Below, piece by piece: positions 1 to 9,244 of a DNA stretch of 64,000 nt. The stretch's first letter is position 1; each line of letters starts with the position of its first letter. The translations under genes and the position numbers were made by a program. The notes under the pieces are model-generated. The model worked only from the letters and a program-made list of their open reading frames with translations. It made no database searches and was not told where the DNA came from. The DNA is from Dehalococcoidia bacterium (GTDB lineage: Bacteria > Chloroflexota > Dehalococcoidia > GIF9 > UBA5629). Location: the NCBI GenBank assembly GCA_050011565.1, contig JBEKIW010000003.1:128001-192000 (forward strand). The letters run 5' to 3'.

Positions 1-1208
1 GTCAGCGGAGTAATTTTGCCGCTAACTATCTGGAGAACTCGATTAAATTTGTCAAGCCTGTTATCACCGGGTGTGTAACTTACAGCACCATGAAGTCCGG
101 CAACATCGTAGTTCTGCAGCTTTTGTATGCCCTGGGTCTCCACGGCCTGCCAGGCTGCGGCATCGCCTTTGGCCAGCGTGTCATAGCCGACGTTCTTCAC
201 CGCCAGCTCCAGAGCCTTGGCCACAATCAGACCCTGTGCCCACGAGACCATATAGTCAGCATTACCTACATTCTCGGGGTGATACTGCTGGCAATATTCC
301 ACCATCTTGGCCATGCCCGGCACATTATCTCCCCACTGCACCGTTGGATATACACCATAAACGCCTTCGACGACATCGGCACCACCCAAATCAATCAGAG
401 CTTTGGTCATGCCAGCATGGCAGCAACCGATGGTTACGCCCGGATACATGCCCAGGTCTCTGGCATTCTTGATAATAACCGCGGTCGGCGCCGGTGTACT
501 GGAAATATACAGTACGTCCGGGGTCAAGCCTTTAACTCGCGTTAGCGTATCCATTTCAGAGGTCGTGGTCGCCGCATGCTCATCCATGGAGACGACCTCA
601 ATGCCCAGTTCGTCAGCCTTGGCCTTGAAGGCATCTCGAGCCCCGTATCCCGTGGGATTGTTAAGCATAAGTAGTGCAAATTTAGGCTTGCCCGTACCCT
701 TCCAGATGTTCTTCATGTAGTAGTTAGCGAAAACTATAGCGTCATCGCCATAGTCAGGTGTTTGGCCGTAGATATGCGCTGGCGGCCGGTACAACGAAGG
801 CGAGCTGAAGCAGGAAATGCCCGGGAATCCCGCCTCGTTGGCAGCCCCCTTAGCGGGTGACATCTCGGCAGAAGCCGCCGTGGTAAATAACAGACAGCCA
901 CTAGACATGAATCCATTAACGATGGTGACCACTTTAGTAGGGTCGTAGTTGCTATCTAGAATTGTAGCCTCAATCGGGTATCCGCCGGCGCCGCCCAGTT
1001 CGGTATTAATGTATTTAATAACGTCGGTGTTACCGTTCATCATGGGAAGCCCCTTCTCAGCGGCTTTACCCGTAGAGGGGTTCATCATACCGATTTTCAA
1101 TACCTGTCCGGGTTGAGCTTTAGGGGCACAAGCACCGGCAAAGGGCATCACCGCTATTACCAGCGCCAAGCATAAAACTCCAATTACCATTAACGATTTT
1201 TTAGTCAA
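1..1208 (-). CDS. ABC transporter substrate-binding lipoprotein, LivK/Peripla_BP_6 family (runs off the window start)
   Basis: Not in the ORF track. Read by hand from TTG at 1208 after AGGAGG: MTKKSLMVIGVLCLALVIAVMPFAGACAPKAQPGQVLKIGMM. Lipobox AGAC; lies downstream of livH/livM-like permeases. Confidence 0.85.
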   Translation of the reverse strand, partial: MTKKSLMVIGVLCLALVIAVMPFAGACAPKAQPGQVLKIGMMNPSTGKAAEKGLPMMNGNTDVIKYINTELGGAGGYPIEATILDSNYDPTKVVTIVNGFMSSGCLLFTTAASAEMSPAKGAANEAGFPGISCFSSPSLYRPPAHIYGQTPDYGDDAIVFANYYMKNIWKGTGKPKFALLMLNNPTGYGARDAFKAKADELGIEVVSMDEHAATTTSEMDTLTRVKGLTPDVLYISSTPAPTAVIIKNARDLGMYPGVTIGCCHAGMTKALIDLGGADVVEGVYGVYPTVQWGDNVPGMAKMVEYCQQYHPENVGNADYMVSWAQGLIVAKALELAVKNVGYDTLAKGDAAAWQAVETQGIQKLQNYDVAGLHGAVSYTPGDNRLDKFNRVLQIVSGKITPL

Positions 1209-1279
1209 AGCATTAACCTCCTAAAAATATTTTACGCCCGGTAACTATTTATAAACATTACATCTTCATGCCTCCTCGT

Positions 1280-2329
1280 TTAATATGAGAACGGCCACAG
1301 ACGGTAAGCGGCCTTGAATAGTGCCCAGCGATGCGCCAGCCCCCGTGGCTCCAGAATTAGAAACAATATGATGGCCAGGCCGAACACCATCGGCCCCAGG
1401 CCGGTAGTAAAGCCGGTCGACAGCGAGGGTATGGCGTTTTCAATGAATGGAGATATATAAATAACCACCTGCTGCAGAAGTCGTATAACCACCACACCCA
1501 GAATAGGACCGATGGTCGTGCCCAGTCCGCCGATAATCACCATACCTATATACAGTATAGAGTCGGTTAGTGTAAAGTTCTCGGCATTCAAAAAGCCGGT
1601 CCAGTGTGCGAGCAGGGCACCGGCAATTCCAGCCAGAAAACAGCCGATGAAGAAAGCCAGAAGCTTGTAGTAAAGCAGATTGATACCCATTACTTCAGCC
1701 GCCAGGTCGTTATCCCTGACGGCAATAAAGGCTCTGCCCACCCTGCCCCTGGCCAGATTTTTAGCCAGAAATATACACAGCGCCACAATGACCATAATCA
1801 GGTAGAACTGGCTGGCTTGACTTCTAAACACGAAACCGAAAATAGAGGCACGGGGAACGTCCATGCCCACAAAGCCGCCGGTTACCGACCAGTGGTTGAT
1901 AATCCAGATGATGATAAATTGAGCGGCAATGGTGGTAATCGCCAGATAAAAACCTTTAACCCGCACCGACGGCAAGCCGAAGATAATACCTATCAGCCCG
2001 GCACTGAAACCGGAACAAATAAGTCCAGCTAAGAATGGAAGGCCAAGCCTGCTGGTCAAAATTGCTGTAGTATAGGCACCTACCGCCATAAAACCGGCAT
2101 GCCCGATGGATAGCTGTCCGCAGTAGCCGATAAGTATATTCAAACCGGTAACAGCGATTATAGTAATCCCTATTAAGTTGAATATGCCCAGCCAGTTATC
2201 ACGTAAATACAACGGCGCGGTAAAAACAAGGATTAAAAATCCGATAAAAAATGCCCAGTGAGTCTTGGTCCGCAGGACGGCCATGTCCCTGGCGTAATCG
2301 TAATTACGCGTACCGCTGGGTAAATCCAT
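1280..2329 (-). CDS. livM: Branched-chain amino acid-type ABC permease (LivM-like)
   Basis: GLNILIGYCGQLSIGHAGF, GFYLAITT, GRAFIAVRDNDLAAEVMGIN motifs. Confidence 0.9.
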   Translation of the reverse strand: MDLPSGTRNYDYARDMAVLRTKTHWAFFIGFLILVFTAPLYLRDNWLGIFNLIGITIIAVTGLNILIGYCGQLSIGHAGFMAVGAYTTAILTSRLGLPFLAGLICSGFSAGLIGIIFGLPSVRVKGFYLAITTIAAQFIIIWIINHWSVTGGFVGMDVPRASIFGFVFRSQASQFYLIMVIVALCIFLAKNLARGRVGRAFIAVRDNDLAAEVMGINLLYYKLLAFFIGCFLAGIAGALLAHWTGFLNAENFTLTDSILYIGMVIIGGLGTTIGPILGVVVIRLLQQVVIYISPFIENAIPSLSTGFTTGLGPMVFGLAIILFLILEPRGLAHRWALFKAAYRLWPFSY

Positions 2330-2332
2330 TAC

Positions 2333-3217
2333 TTATATCCTCTCTATCCGCGTCTCGCCGAAAAGCCCGTAAGGCTTGATAATCATGACGATTATTATAA
2401 TGATGAACGGAATAATATCTTTAATCCCCGGCCCGATCAGCGGCGTGAGATAGCCGCCGCCAAAGTTTTCGCACAACCCTATTATCGGTCCGGCCACCAT
2501 GCAGCCGATAAATGAATCCAGGCCGCCCAGTATCACCACCGAGAACGATTTCAGCCCGGTCTCCACCAGCCCAAAGGTGACGCCACCAATGCTGGAGACG
2601 AGCACACCACCGATAGCTGCCACCACGCAGGCAAAAATCCACGATATTGAAAAAACGCTGGTCACCGGAATAGCGCATGCCTGTACCGCCATCTGGTCGT
2701 CAGCGGTCGCCCTCATGGCTATACCCATCTTGTGGTATTTAAAAAACAAGGATAGAAGGCCAAACAGCGCTAGAGATATGACCGCCGCCCACATATATTC
2801 CTGAGAAACTACTGCCGGACCGATATGAATCGGCTGCTGGGGGAAAAGACGAGGCAAACGAGCGACGCTTACGGGCCAGACAAAAGTAACCAGGCCTTCA
2901 AGAAAATAGGCCACACCCAGCGTTACCGTAATCAACGCCAATATCGGTTGAGCAATCAGCGGACGTAAGGTGAATCGCTCTATAGCCCAGCCCAGGAATA
3001 CGGCAAAGACAATAGTCAGCGGCAGTCCGACCCAGTAGGGAAACTTGGCCTGCACCAGCATACCGTAGGTAAACCATGAGGAAATCAAAACGAGCTGCCC
3101 CAGTGCCAGGTTAGCCACGCTGCTGGACTTCCATATTAAGGCAAAACCCAGGGCGATAAGCGCATAAACCATGCCCACTGCTAAACCCGTAATAGTATAT
3201 TGAAGCAGTTCAGCCAT
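2333..3217 (-). CDS. livH: Branched-chain amino acid-type ABC permease (LivH-like)
   Basis: GMVYALIALGF, GIAMRATADD, VVILGGLDS, KPYGLFG motifs. Confidence 0.9.
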   Translation of the reverse strand: MAELLQYTITGLAVGMVYALIALGFALIWKSSSVANLALGQLVLISSWFTYGMLVQAKFPYWVGLPLTIVFAVFLGWAIERFTLRPLIAQPILALITVTLGVAYFLEGLVTFVWPVSVARLPRLFPQQPIHIGPAVVSQEYMWAAVISLALFGLLSLFFKYHKMGIAMRATADDQMAVQACAIPVTSVFSISWIFACVVAAIGGVLVSSIGGVTFGLVETGLKSFSVVILGGLDSFIGCMVAGPIIGLCENFGGGYLTPLIGPGIKDIIPFIIIIIVMIIKPYGLFGETRIERI

Positions 3218-5434
3218 TTAATTCACCTGCCTGACGTTGATAGCCGTGCTGACCACACCGTGTCTACCGTCTCTGTATGTCACGGGTGCCTCGACAGTCA
3301 CGTTCTTTTTATCTCCGTACATTGCCTCAATCAAGTCCTTATACCGCTGTTCCACAAAGTCCCGGCGCAGTTTTCTGGTCCTGGTAAGCTCGGCTTCATC
3401 GGCGTCGAACTCCTTATGCAGCAGGACGAATTTCCTGACTCTGGAACCCTCCGGCAAATAGCTGTTCACGCGGATTAAGTCCTTCTGTACCAGATCGGCA
3501 ACTTCTTTTTTCTGGGACAGGTCGACGAAAGTGGTATACGGAAGACCGTGACGCTCTGCCCATTTGCCCACCATGGCGAAATCTATATTGACTATGGCGC
3601 CAACGAAGCCTCTCTCCTTGCCACCCACAACCATGGCATCTTTTATGTAGGGACTGAACCTGAGCCTGCCCTCGATATACTGAGGTGCATACTTCGTGCC
3701 GGAAGCCAGCTCACCCATGTGTTCCACGCGGTCCATGAATATCAGGTGTCCCTGGTCATTGATGTTAACCGCGTCGCCTGTCCGGCACCAGCCGTTTACT
3801 ACCACCGCCACCGTCTTCTCCGGGTCCTTAAAGTATTCTTTGAAAAGACATTCACTTCTGACCAGCAGTTCTCCTTCATCGGTCACTCTAACTTCCACGC
3901 CTGATGCCGGCCGGCCCACGCTCTGAAAATCAATCTCCCCTTTGCCGTGAGAGGAGATAAAGCCGGCTTCGGTACTGGCATAGTTCTGTCTCAGTTCAAT
4001 GCCAATGGCATGTATTAAGCGGAAGGTATCCAGGCTGAGCACCGAGCTGCCGGTAACGGCCAGTCTGGCTTTAACCAACCCCAGCCTATCCTTCAGTGGT
4101 CTAAAAAGCAATGCGTACGCTAATCCGTACAGCGTCCGCCAGAACAAGTCCGGTGTCTTGCTTTCGAAGCTCAGGTCGGCCATCTTATAGCCTACCGGCA
4201 TAAACAGGTTATAAAAGAAGCGCTTTATGGGGTTGGCATCGGTTATTTTCACCTGGATTTCGCTGACCAGGCTCTCCCATTGACGAGGCCCGTAGATAAC
4301 AAAGTCGGGGCCGACCTCCCGCGTATCCTCGGCAATTGTCTCCGGCTCCTCGGGAAAGTTAATCCTGGCGCCGGTCAGCAAATGGGGTACGGTAGCAAAA
4401 AAGCTGTCGCCCACCCAGGCCGGCGGGAAGTTAGAGACCAAATCATCGTTGCCCGTAAACGGAAAACGGTCAACAAATCCCCGAGAGGTATTTATCAGCG
4501 CTTTATGGGTAATCACCGCCCCTTTGGGCAAACCGGTAGTACCGGAGGTATAGTAAATAAAGGCGGTGTCACTACCTTTCCCCTTCTTCACATTCTGCTC
4601 GAATAATTTCGGATGCTTTTTTTCGTATTCCTTGCCCTGATCAACAACGTCGACAAAATTCAGTAAGAACGCCGTTGGCCATAATCCCTCTTTTAAAAAG
4701 AGTATCGCATCTTCGATAAGCTTCTCATCGTCAGGCGTAAGAATTATCTTATCAGGATGACCGTCAGGCCTTTTAATGGTGATGTTTTCGCGACTCATTT
4801 TTTCAAATATAGGTATAAACTCATTGAGTTGGCTGCGTATTTTCTCTTTATGGATTTCAACGTTCTTTAGTTCTTTGACTCGGGAAAGCCTTTCGATCTG
4901 TTCGTGGCTAATGGGGAAATTTAAACTATCCTCGCATTTTAGCAATAGATCACACATTTTATTAACAAATTCATTTTTGGCAATTGGCAAAGTCTCTGGA
5001 TAATTTTTCAGCCCCTTCGGGTCCCAGTAAATCACTTTCTTCAGCGAAGGCAGTTCCTCCTTTATCTCAAGGAATTTATCGGTCTGCTCCTGGTCATTGA
5101 CAATGGCGAATTTGGCACCCGCGTGAGCGGCGACGTATTTCACTTCGGAAGGTATGGCGTCGACGAAAATGCCGGTGGCGATACCGCCAGCGGCTTGGGC
5201 TGCAAACTCTCCCCAGAACCATTCCGGCTCATTGTCGCCGATGATGCAGACCACGTCTCCGGGCTTAAAGCCCAGGCTTATCAAGCCCAAAGAGAAGGAT
5301 TTCACATTTTCGTAATATTCTTTCCAGCTATATCGCCGCCAGATGCCGCGGTGCTTCATGGACATGGCAGTCCTCTGACCCCACTTCTCGCAGTTGCTCT
5401 TTATCAGTTGCGGTATCGTCTCGCTATCAGCCAT
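3218..5434 (-). CDS. AMP-forming acyl-CoA ligase (long-chain FACS-like family) with an internal insertion of about 110 aa
   Basis: YTSGTTGLPKG AMP-binding signature, YASTE, GWCRTGD, ELTRTRKLRR. Confidence 0.9.
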   Translation of the reverse strand: MADSETIPQLIKSNCEKWGQRTAMSMKHRGIWRRYSWKEYYENVKSFSLGLISLGFKPGDVVCIIGDNEPEWFWGEFAAQAAGGIATGIFVDAIPSEVKYVAAHAGAKFAIVNDQEQTDKFLEIKEELPSLKKVIYWDPKGLKNYPETLPIAKNEFVNKMCDLLLKCEDSLNFPISHEQIERLSRVKELKNVEIHKEKIRSQLNEFIPIFEKMSRENITIKRPDGHPDKIILTPDDEKLIEDAILFLKEGLWPTAFLLNFVDVVDQGKEYEKKHPKLFEQNVKKGKGSDTAFIYYTSGTTGLPKGAVITHKALINTSRGFVDRFPFTGNDDLVSNFPPAWVGDSFFATVPHLLTGARINFPEEPETIAEDTREVGPDFVIYGPRQWESLVSEIQVKITDANPIKRFFYNLFMPVGYKMADLSFESKTPDLFWRTLYGLAYALLFRPLKDRLGLVKARLAVTGSSVLSLDTFRLIHAIGIELRQNYASTEAGFISSHGKGEIDFQSVGRPASGVEVRVTDEGELLVRSECLFKEYFKDPEKTVAVVVNGWCRTGDAVNINDQGHLIFMDRVEHMGELASGTKYAPQYIEGRLRFSPYIKDAMVVGGKERGFVGAIVNIDFAMVGKWAERHGLPYTTFVDLSQKKEVADLVQKDLIRVNSYLPEGSRVRKFVLLHKEFDADEAELTRTRKLRRDFVEQRYKDLIEAMYGDKKNVTVEAPVTYRDGRHGVVSTAINVRQVN

Positions 5435-5462
5435 AGCCTAATGCCTTAATCTGCCCCTTAAC

Positions 5463-5490
5463 AAAAAAGCCTCCCGCCTGGGAGGCTTTT
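5463..5490 (-). terminator. Attenuator terminator hairpin upstream of the acyl-CoA ligase
   Basis: Minus strand AAAAGCCTCCC-AGGC-GGGAGGCTTTTTTGTT, about 30 nt before the start codon. Confidence 0.9.
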
Positions 5491-5523
5491 ACTTTCTGTT
5501 TTATCTTATTCCTGCTCTATGGT

Positions 5524-5610
5524 TTAGTTCGATGTGCTCCCAGGCGCAACGGCAGGCAGGCTAAAGAAAAAGAAGAAAAATAAATTAAAACTGCGAGCCT
5601 GAGTCTGCAT
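5524..5610 (-). CDS. Phe-rich leader (attenuator) peptide MQTQARSFNLFFFFFFSLPAVAPGSTSN
   Basis: 28 codons with 6 consecutive Phe plus 1 more; sits between a promoter and a terminator; contains a 10-nt antiterminator complement. Confidence 0.85.
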   Translation of the reverse strand: MQTQARSFNLFFFFFFSLPAVAPGSTSN

Positions 5611-5630
5611 TTCGAACTTCACGAAACGAG

Positions 5631-5659
5631 ATAGTATCATAACAGATTCAGCCTGTCAA
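5631..5659 (-). promoter_or_regulatory. Sigma70-type promoter of the Phe leader
   Basis: TTGACA-17 nt-TACTAT with TG extension. Confidence 0.75.
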
Positions 5660-5690
5660 TAGATTGAAAGCTATCGCAATATCTCTCTCT

Positions 5691-5743
5691 TTGATTTTTT
5701 ACTTGTACTTTTGACCTTTGGTTTTTAAATTTTGATTTTCGTT
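5691..5743. repeat. T-rich dispersed repeat built of TTTTGA(C)-like units, copy 1
   Basis: Aligns along its length with 52714-52766. Confidence 0.7.
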
Positions 5744-6651
5744 TACTCTGCCTTCGGTGGTGCCGGGTTTACCAGGCCGGCTGCCAGCGTGCCGGGCATG
5801 AAGTCGAACAGCTCGTCAATCGTCCAGCCACCGATCTTGACCAATGCTTTTTCCTGCACCGGCTCGGAAAATAGAGCCACCGTTCCCGTCTGAACGAAGA
5901 AAGTACGGCCGTTTACATTAGCGGCAGCGTCAGATGCCAGCCAGACGACCAGCGGCGCGATGTCGTTGGGGTCCATCTTCTCCATGGCGGCGATGATAGC
6001 CTCTCTTCCCGCCTTCTTCCAGGCGGCTTTCAGCTCATCGCTCAACGTCATCCTAGTGCCGGCATTGGGCCTGATAGCATTGCAGGTCACGCCATACCTG
6101 CCCATGTCTCTGGATACCTGCCGGGTGAAGCCGACAATGCCTTCCTTGGCAGCGCCGTAATTCGCCTGACCGAAGGTGGCGCCCAGTCCGGCAAGTGATG
6201 ATGTATTTATGATGCGCCCGCTTTTCTGTTCCCTGAAAAGAGCACAGGCGAACTTGGTGGTGAAAAAGTGGCCGTAGAGATGCACTTTCATCACCAGGTC
6301 CCAGTCTTCCTCGGTCATGTTGTATATCATCTTGTCGCGGAGAATTCCGGCGTTGTTGACCAGTATATCCAGCCTGCCGAATTTGTCGACGGCAGTTTTG
6401 ATAATGTTTTCGCCGCCGACCAGCGTGGTCACCGAGTCGTAGTTGGCTACGGCTTCTCCACCCATCTTCTTGATTTCGTCTACTACTTTATCCGCTGCCG
6501 ACGTGGAAGTGCCCGTACCAGCAACGGTGCCGCCGAGGTCATTGACCACCACTTTGGCACCCTCGGATGCCAGCGCCAGAGATTCACCCCGGCCGATGCC
6601 GCCGCCGGCGCCGGTGACCACAGCTACTTTGCCCTTCAGTCTATCGCCCAT
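5743..6651 (-). CDS. SDR family oxidoreductase (3-hydroxyacyl-CoA dehydrogenase/MFE-2-like)
   Basis: TGAGGGIG, VVNDLGG, NNAGILRD, YGAAK. Confidence 0.9.
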   Translation of the reverse strand: MGDRLKGKVAVVTGAGGGIGRGESLALASEGAKVVVNDLGGTVAGTGTSTSAADKVVDEIKKMGGEAVANYDSVTTLVGGENIIKTAVDKFGRLDILVNNAGILRDKMIYNMTEEDWDLVMKVHLYGHFFTTKFACALFREQKSGRIINTSSLAGLGATFGQANYGAAKEGIVGFTRQVSRDMGRYGVTCNAIRPNAGTRMTLSDELKAAWKKAGREAIIAAMEKMDPNDIAPLVVWLASDAAANVNGRTFFVQTGTVALFSEPVQEKALVKIGGWTIDELFDFMPGTLAAGLVNPAPPKAE

Positions 6652-6696
6652 TTTTTAACTCCTTTTCGTTTTTATTTTACGCAAAGATAAACTTGT

Positions 6697-6909
6697 TTAA
6701 GATTTAACAACAAATATCGGGATGAGAATTCCCAGATAAATCAGCACTCCCGCTGCCATCCAGATTATGGCGATAACCTGCATATCTCTCGCTTTTTGTT
6801 TCTTTTCATTTTCAGGTGCTCGAAAATATCTTCCTAAATAAAAAAGGGGCAGTCCGATAGCTATCATGACTACTCCCATTACCCATAAAATCAGTCTGGT
6901 AATATCCAT
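6697..6909 (-). CDS. Small two-TM hypothetical membrane protein
   Basis: 70 aa, two hydrophobic segments, AGGGG SD, co-oriented with neighbours. Confidence 0.6.
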   Translation of the reverse strand: MDITRLILWVMGVVMIAIGLPLFYLGRYFRAPENEKKQKARDMQVIAIIWMAAGVLIYLGILIPIFVVKS

Positions 6910-6958
6910 TACTATACCCCTTTTGGAATATTTTTGAGTTCAAACGATTCGCAAAAAG

Positions 6959-7423
6959 CTAACTCTTGTTCGGCAGTATGACGGTAGCCGTACCGGGAGT
7001 GGTCACCTCGCCCTTGCCGTTCTCAATCCAGATATCGCAGTCCGCGCAGTGCTCACCGCCCTCGGCGTATTTCTTGGTGACCTTACCCTTGCACTGCCAG
7101 GTCTCGCCTTCTTCAGGTGTCATCGGCGTGGCCATCTTCCGCGGCCAGTCCATGGCACGGTAGCTGCAGGCGAATTTCTTCAGCGTACCCTGCTCACCCA
7201 TCCAGTCGGTCATCAATTGGACCAGCCACTGTCGCTTCAAGGCGCCGTGGACAATGGGGCTGCCCACTCCCTGAACAGCAGCAAAGGCGGCGTCATAGTG
7301 AAGCGGATTGAAGTCGCCCGAGGCGCCCGCCCATTTGACCAGCATACGGGTGGTAGCTATTTTTGGTAACGGCGTTACCTCACCGCCTACCTCAACATTT
7401 TCCCAGTAAAGTTGTTTAGCCAT
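6959..7423 (-). CDS. MaoC-like (R)-enoyl-CoA hydratase subunit
   Basis: ASGDFNPLHYD...IVHG hydratase-2 motif. Confidence 0.85.
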   Translation of the reverse strand: MAKQLYWENVEVGGEVTPLPKIATTRMLVKWAGASGDFNPLHYDAAFAAVQGVGSPIVHGALKRQWLVQLMTDWMGEQGTLKKFACSYRAMDWPRKMATPMTPEEGETWQCKGKVTKKYAEGGEHCADCDIWIENGKGEVTTPGTATVILPNKS

Positions 7424-7441
7424 CTTATTCCTCCTCGAATG

Positions 7442-7942
7442 CTAGCGATAAATAGCAGTGGCGCGGGCTATAGCCACCAGCTCATCTTTCTGGTTATGAT
7501 AAGTTGTCTCGATAATTACAAAAGCCATCTTGCCCGTTTTGCCTTCCCGCTCAGTGACGTCTTTAATCATTGATTTGGCTGACAACATATCGCCGGCGCG
7601 GACCGGCAGGAAAAACTCGTACTCTATGCCGCCATCGACAACGCGCCAGTAGCCTCCTTTAGCCAGTGCCGCCCTCATACCCTCGGCAACTTCCGGAGGG
7701 TCGCTGATATCAGTGGGCCGCTGGAAGGTCATGCCTCTGGGCAGATTGACCGGCCAGCCGAAGAAGCCGGGAGGCGCGATAATCGAACCGTATCTCGATT
7801 TCCCGGCATGTTTTTCGTCCCAGTAAAGCGGATTGGTTTCTTCCACGGCATCGGCAAAGCGCTTGATAGACCCCTTCTCCACCTCGCAGGCAACAACACC
7901 GATGCTTTTCCCGATGAATTTGCTTATCTCTTCCGGCAGCAT
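7442..7942 (-). CDS. MaoC N-terminal (FAS1-dehydratase-like) hotdog partner subunit
   Basis: IKRFADAVEETNPLYWD...IIAPP, YEFFLPVRAGD. Confidence 0.85.
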   Translation of the reverse strand: MLPEEISKFIGKSIGVVACEVEKGSIKRFADAVEETNPLYWDEKHAGKSRYGSIIAPPGFFGWPVNLPRGMTFQRPTDISDPPEVAEGMRAALAKGGYWRVVDGGIEYEFFLPVRAGDMLSAKSMIKDVTEREGKTGKMAFVIIETTYHNQKDELVAIARATAIYR

Positions 7943-8074
7943 AATTACACCTCCTGATAGAAACTGGAAGCAAACGCCATTGTATATTTGTGGTTACCTG
8001 TTGTCAAAGGTCTGTTATAAATTTATACGGGCTTATATACTTGGTGCAAGTGCAGACTGTGGTAGAATAGCGGC

Positions 8075-8878
8075 ATGCAAAAAGTCAAATGGCCATCAAC
8101 TATTATCGGTATCGCAATTCTCCTTATCGGGTGGGGGTTGGATATGGCTGGAATAACGAATATGATAGTGGCCATTGTTTTATGGGTTGTTGGTGGCATA
8201 CTTCTTATCATCGGTATTTCTTCATGGATATATTATTTCTGGCCTTGGTTTAAAAAAGTATTCTGGAAAGGGAAAAAGAATACATCTATTACAACGGAAG
8301 ATTATGCCCAAAATAAAGAGGTGGATAAATTAAGACGTATAAAAGCAAATTTAATACATTTTAGAAGAGAACTAAATTGGATTTTGTATCTTTACACACA
8401 CGATTTATTTGGGAATCTTGATAATAAACTTAAAAAACATGAACTTCTAGAAGGGGAAGAATTCAAAGATGACATATCTGTATTTGACGAGATATATGGA
8501 TATTATAACTGGGAATATGGTTATGCTATACGAAAATATGATGCTGCAAAATTAGTCTATCCATTCAATAAGAGACACATTGAGGGTACTTTTGCCAAGG
8601 CATTGGGCGCTTTAAGTAAAATTGAAAAACAAATAAATGGGTTTCCCATGCTTTTGGAATTGAATGATGAGGCATCTCACATAATGGGATTATCATCTGA
8701 AATAGACAAATATAGGTTATTGTTAAACGAGTGGTCAACAAACAAAAATATTGATAAACCCATTATCGATTATTATGGTAATGATTTAGTTACACTGGGC
8801 ACAAAAATCTGGACTATTTTAAAGGCCATTAATAACGAGATAGAAAAGATTCCAAATGAAGTTAAATTAGGGTCGTAA
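8075..8878 (+). CDS. AT-rich hypothetical protein with two N-terminal TM helices
   Basis: 267-aa open frame, visibly lower GC than flanks; no motif recognised. Confidence 0.65.
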   Translation: MQKVKWPSTIIGIAILLIGWGLDMAGITNMIVAIVLWVVGGILLIIGISSWIYYFWPWFKKVFWKGKKNTSITTEDYAQNKEVDKLRRIKANLIHFRRELNWILYLYTHDLFGNLDNKLKKHELLEGEEFKDDISVFDEIYGYYNWEYGYAIRKYDAAKLVYPFNKRHIEGTFAKALGALSKIEKQINGFPMLLELNDEASHIMGLSSEIDKYRLLLNEWSTNKNIDKPIIDYYGNDLVTLGTKIWTILKAINNEIEKIPNEVKLGS

Positions 8879-9007
8879 GTACTTTATATTTTAAATTATC
8901 AGCGCTAATGAATTTCAAAAGTGTATGACTAAACAAATATAGATTCTCACGATTGTTAAATAGCCATTCTAATTCATCGGGATAATTTTTATTATTTTGA
9001 CCTGCCG

Positions 9008-9145
9008 CTACATACACCTCCCCACCGACTCAGCAATAAGCTTAAGCTCAGCCATCACACCGGTTCTTGCCGATTTCGGTCAGTAGCGCGTTGTTCTCCA
9101 TATTCCTGGCTCCGACCTGAAGTATATCGGCGCATTCTGCTACCC
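9008..9145 (-). pseudogene. Internally deleted remnant of a second DAHP synthase gene
   Basis: 9012-9057 matches the aroF 3' end (about 9597-9642); 9058-9140 matches aroF at about 10002-10085. Confidence 0.8.
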
Positions 9146-9244
9146 GGATAAACTCAGCTTAAAGGTACACTTTTGTTCATATTTTATTGAAACCTTGATG
9201 GAGAGTGCTACAATGGATACAGCAATAAAAGCAAGGAGGTTATC

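Noticed and set aside
71-916. Several ORF-track entries on both strands at the window start
   Set aside because: They are shadows of the minus-strand substrate-binding protein gene (1208 to <1), which the track missed because it runs off the edge.
4670-4999. Intein in the acyl-CoA ligase
   Set aside because: No Cys/Ser start, no His-Asn end and no homing-endonuclease motifs.
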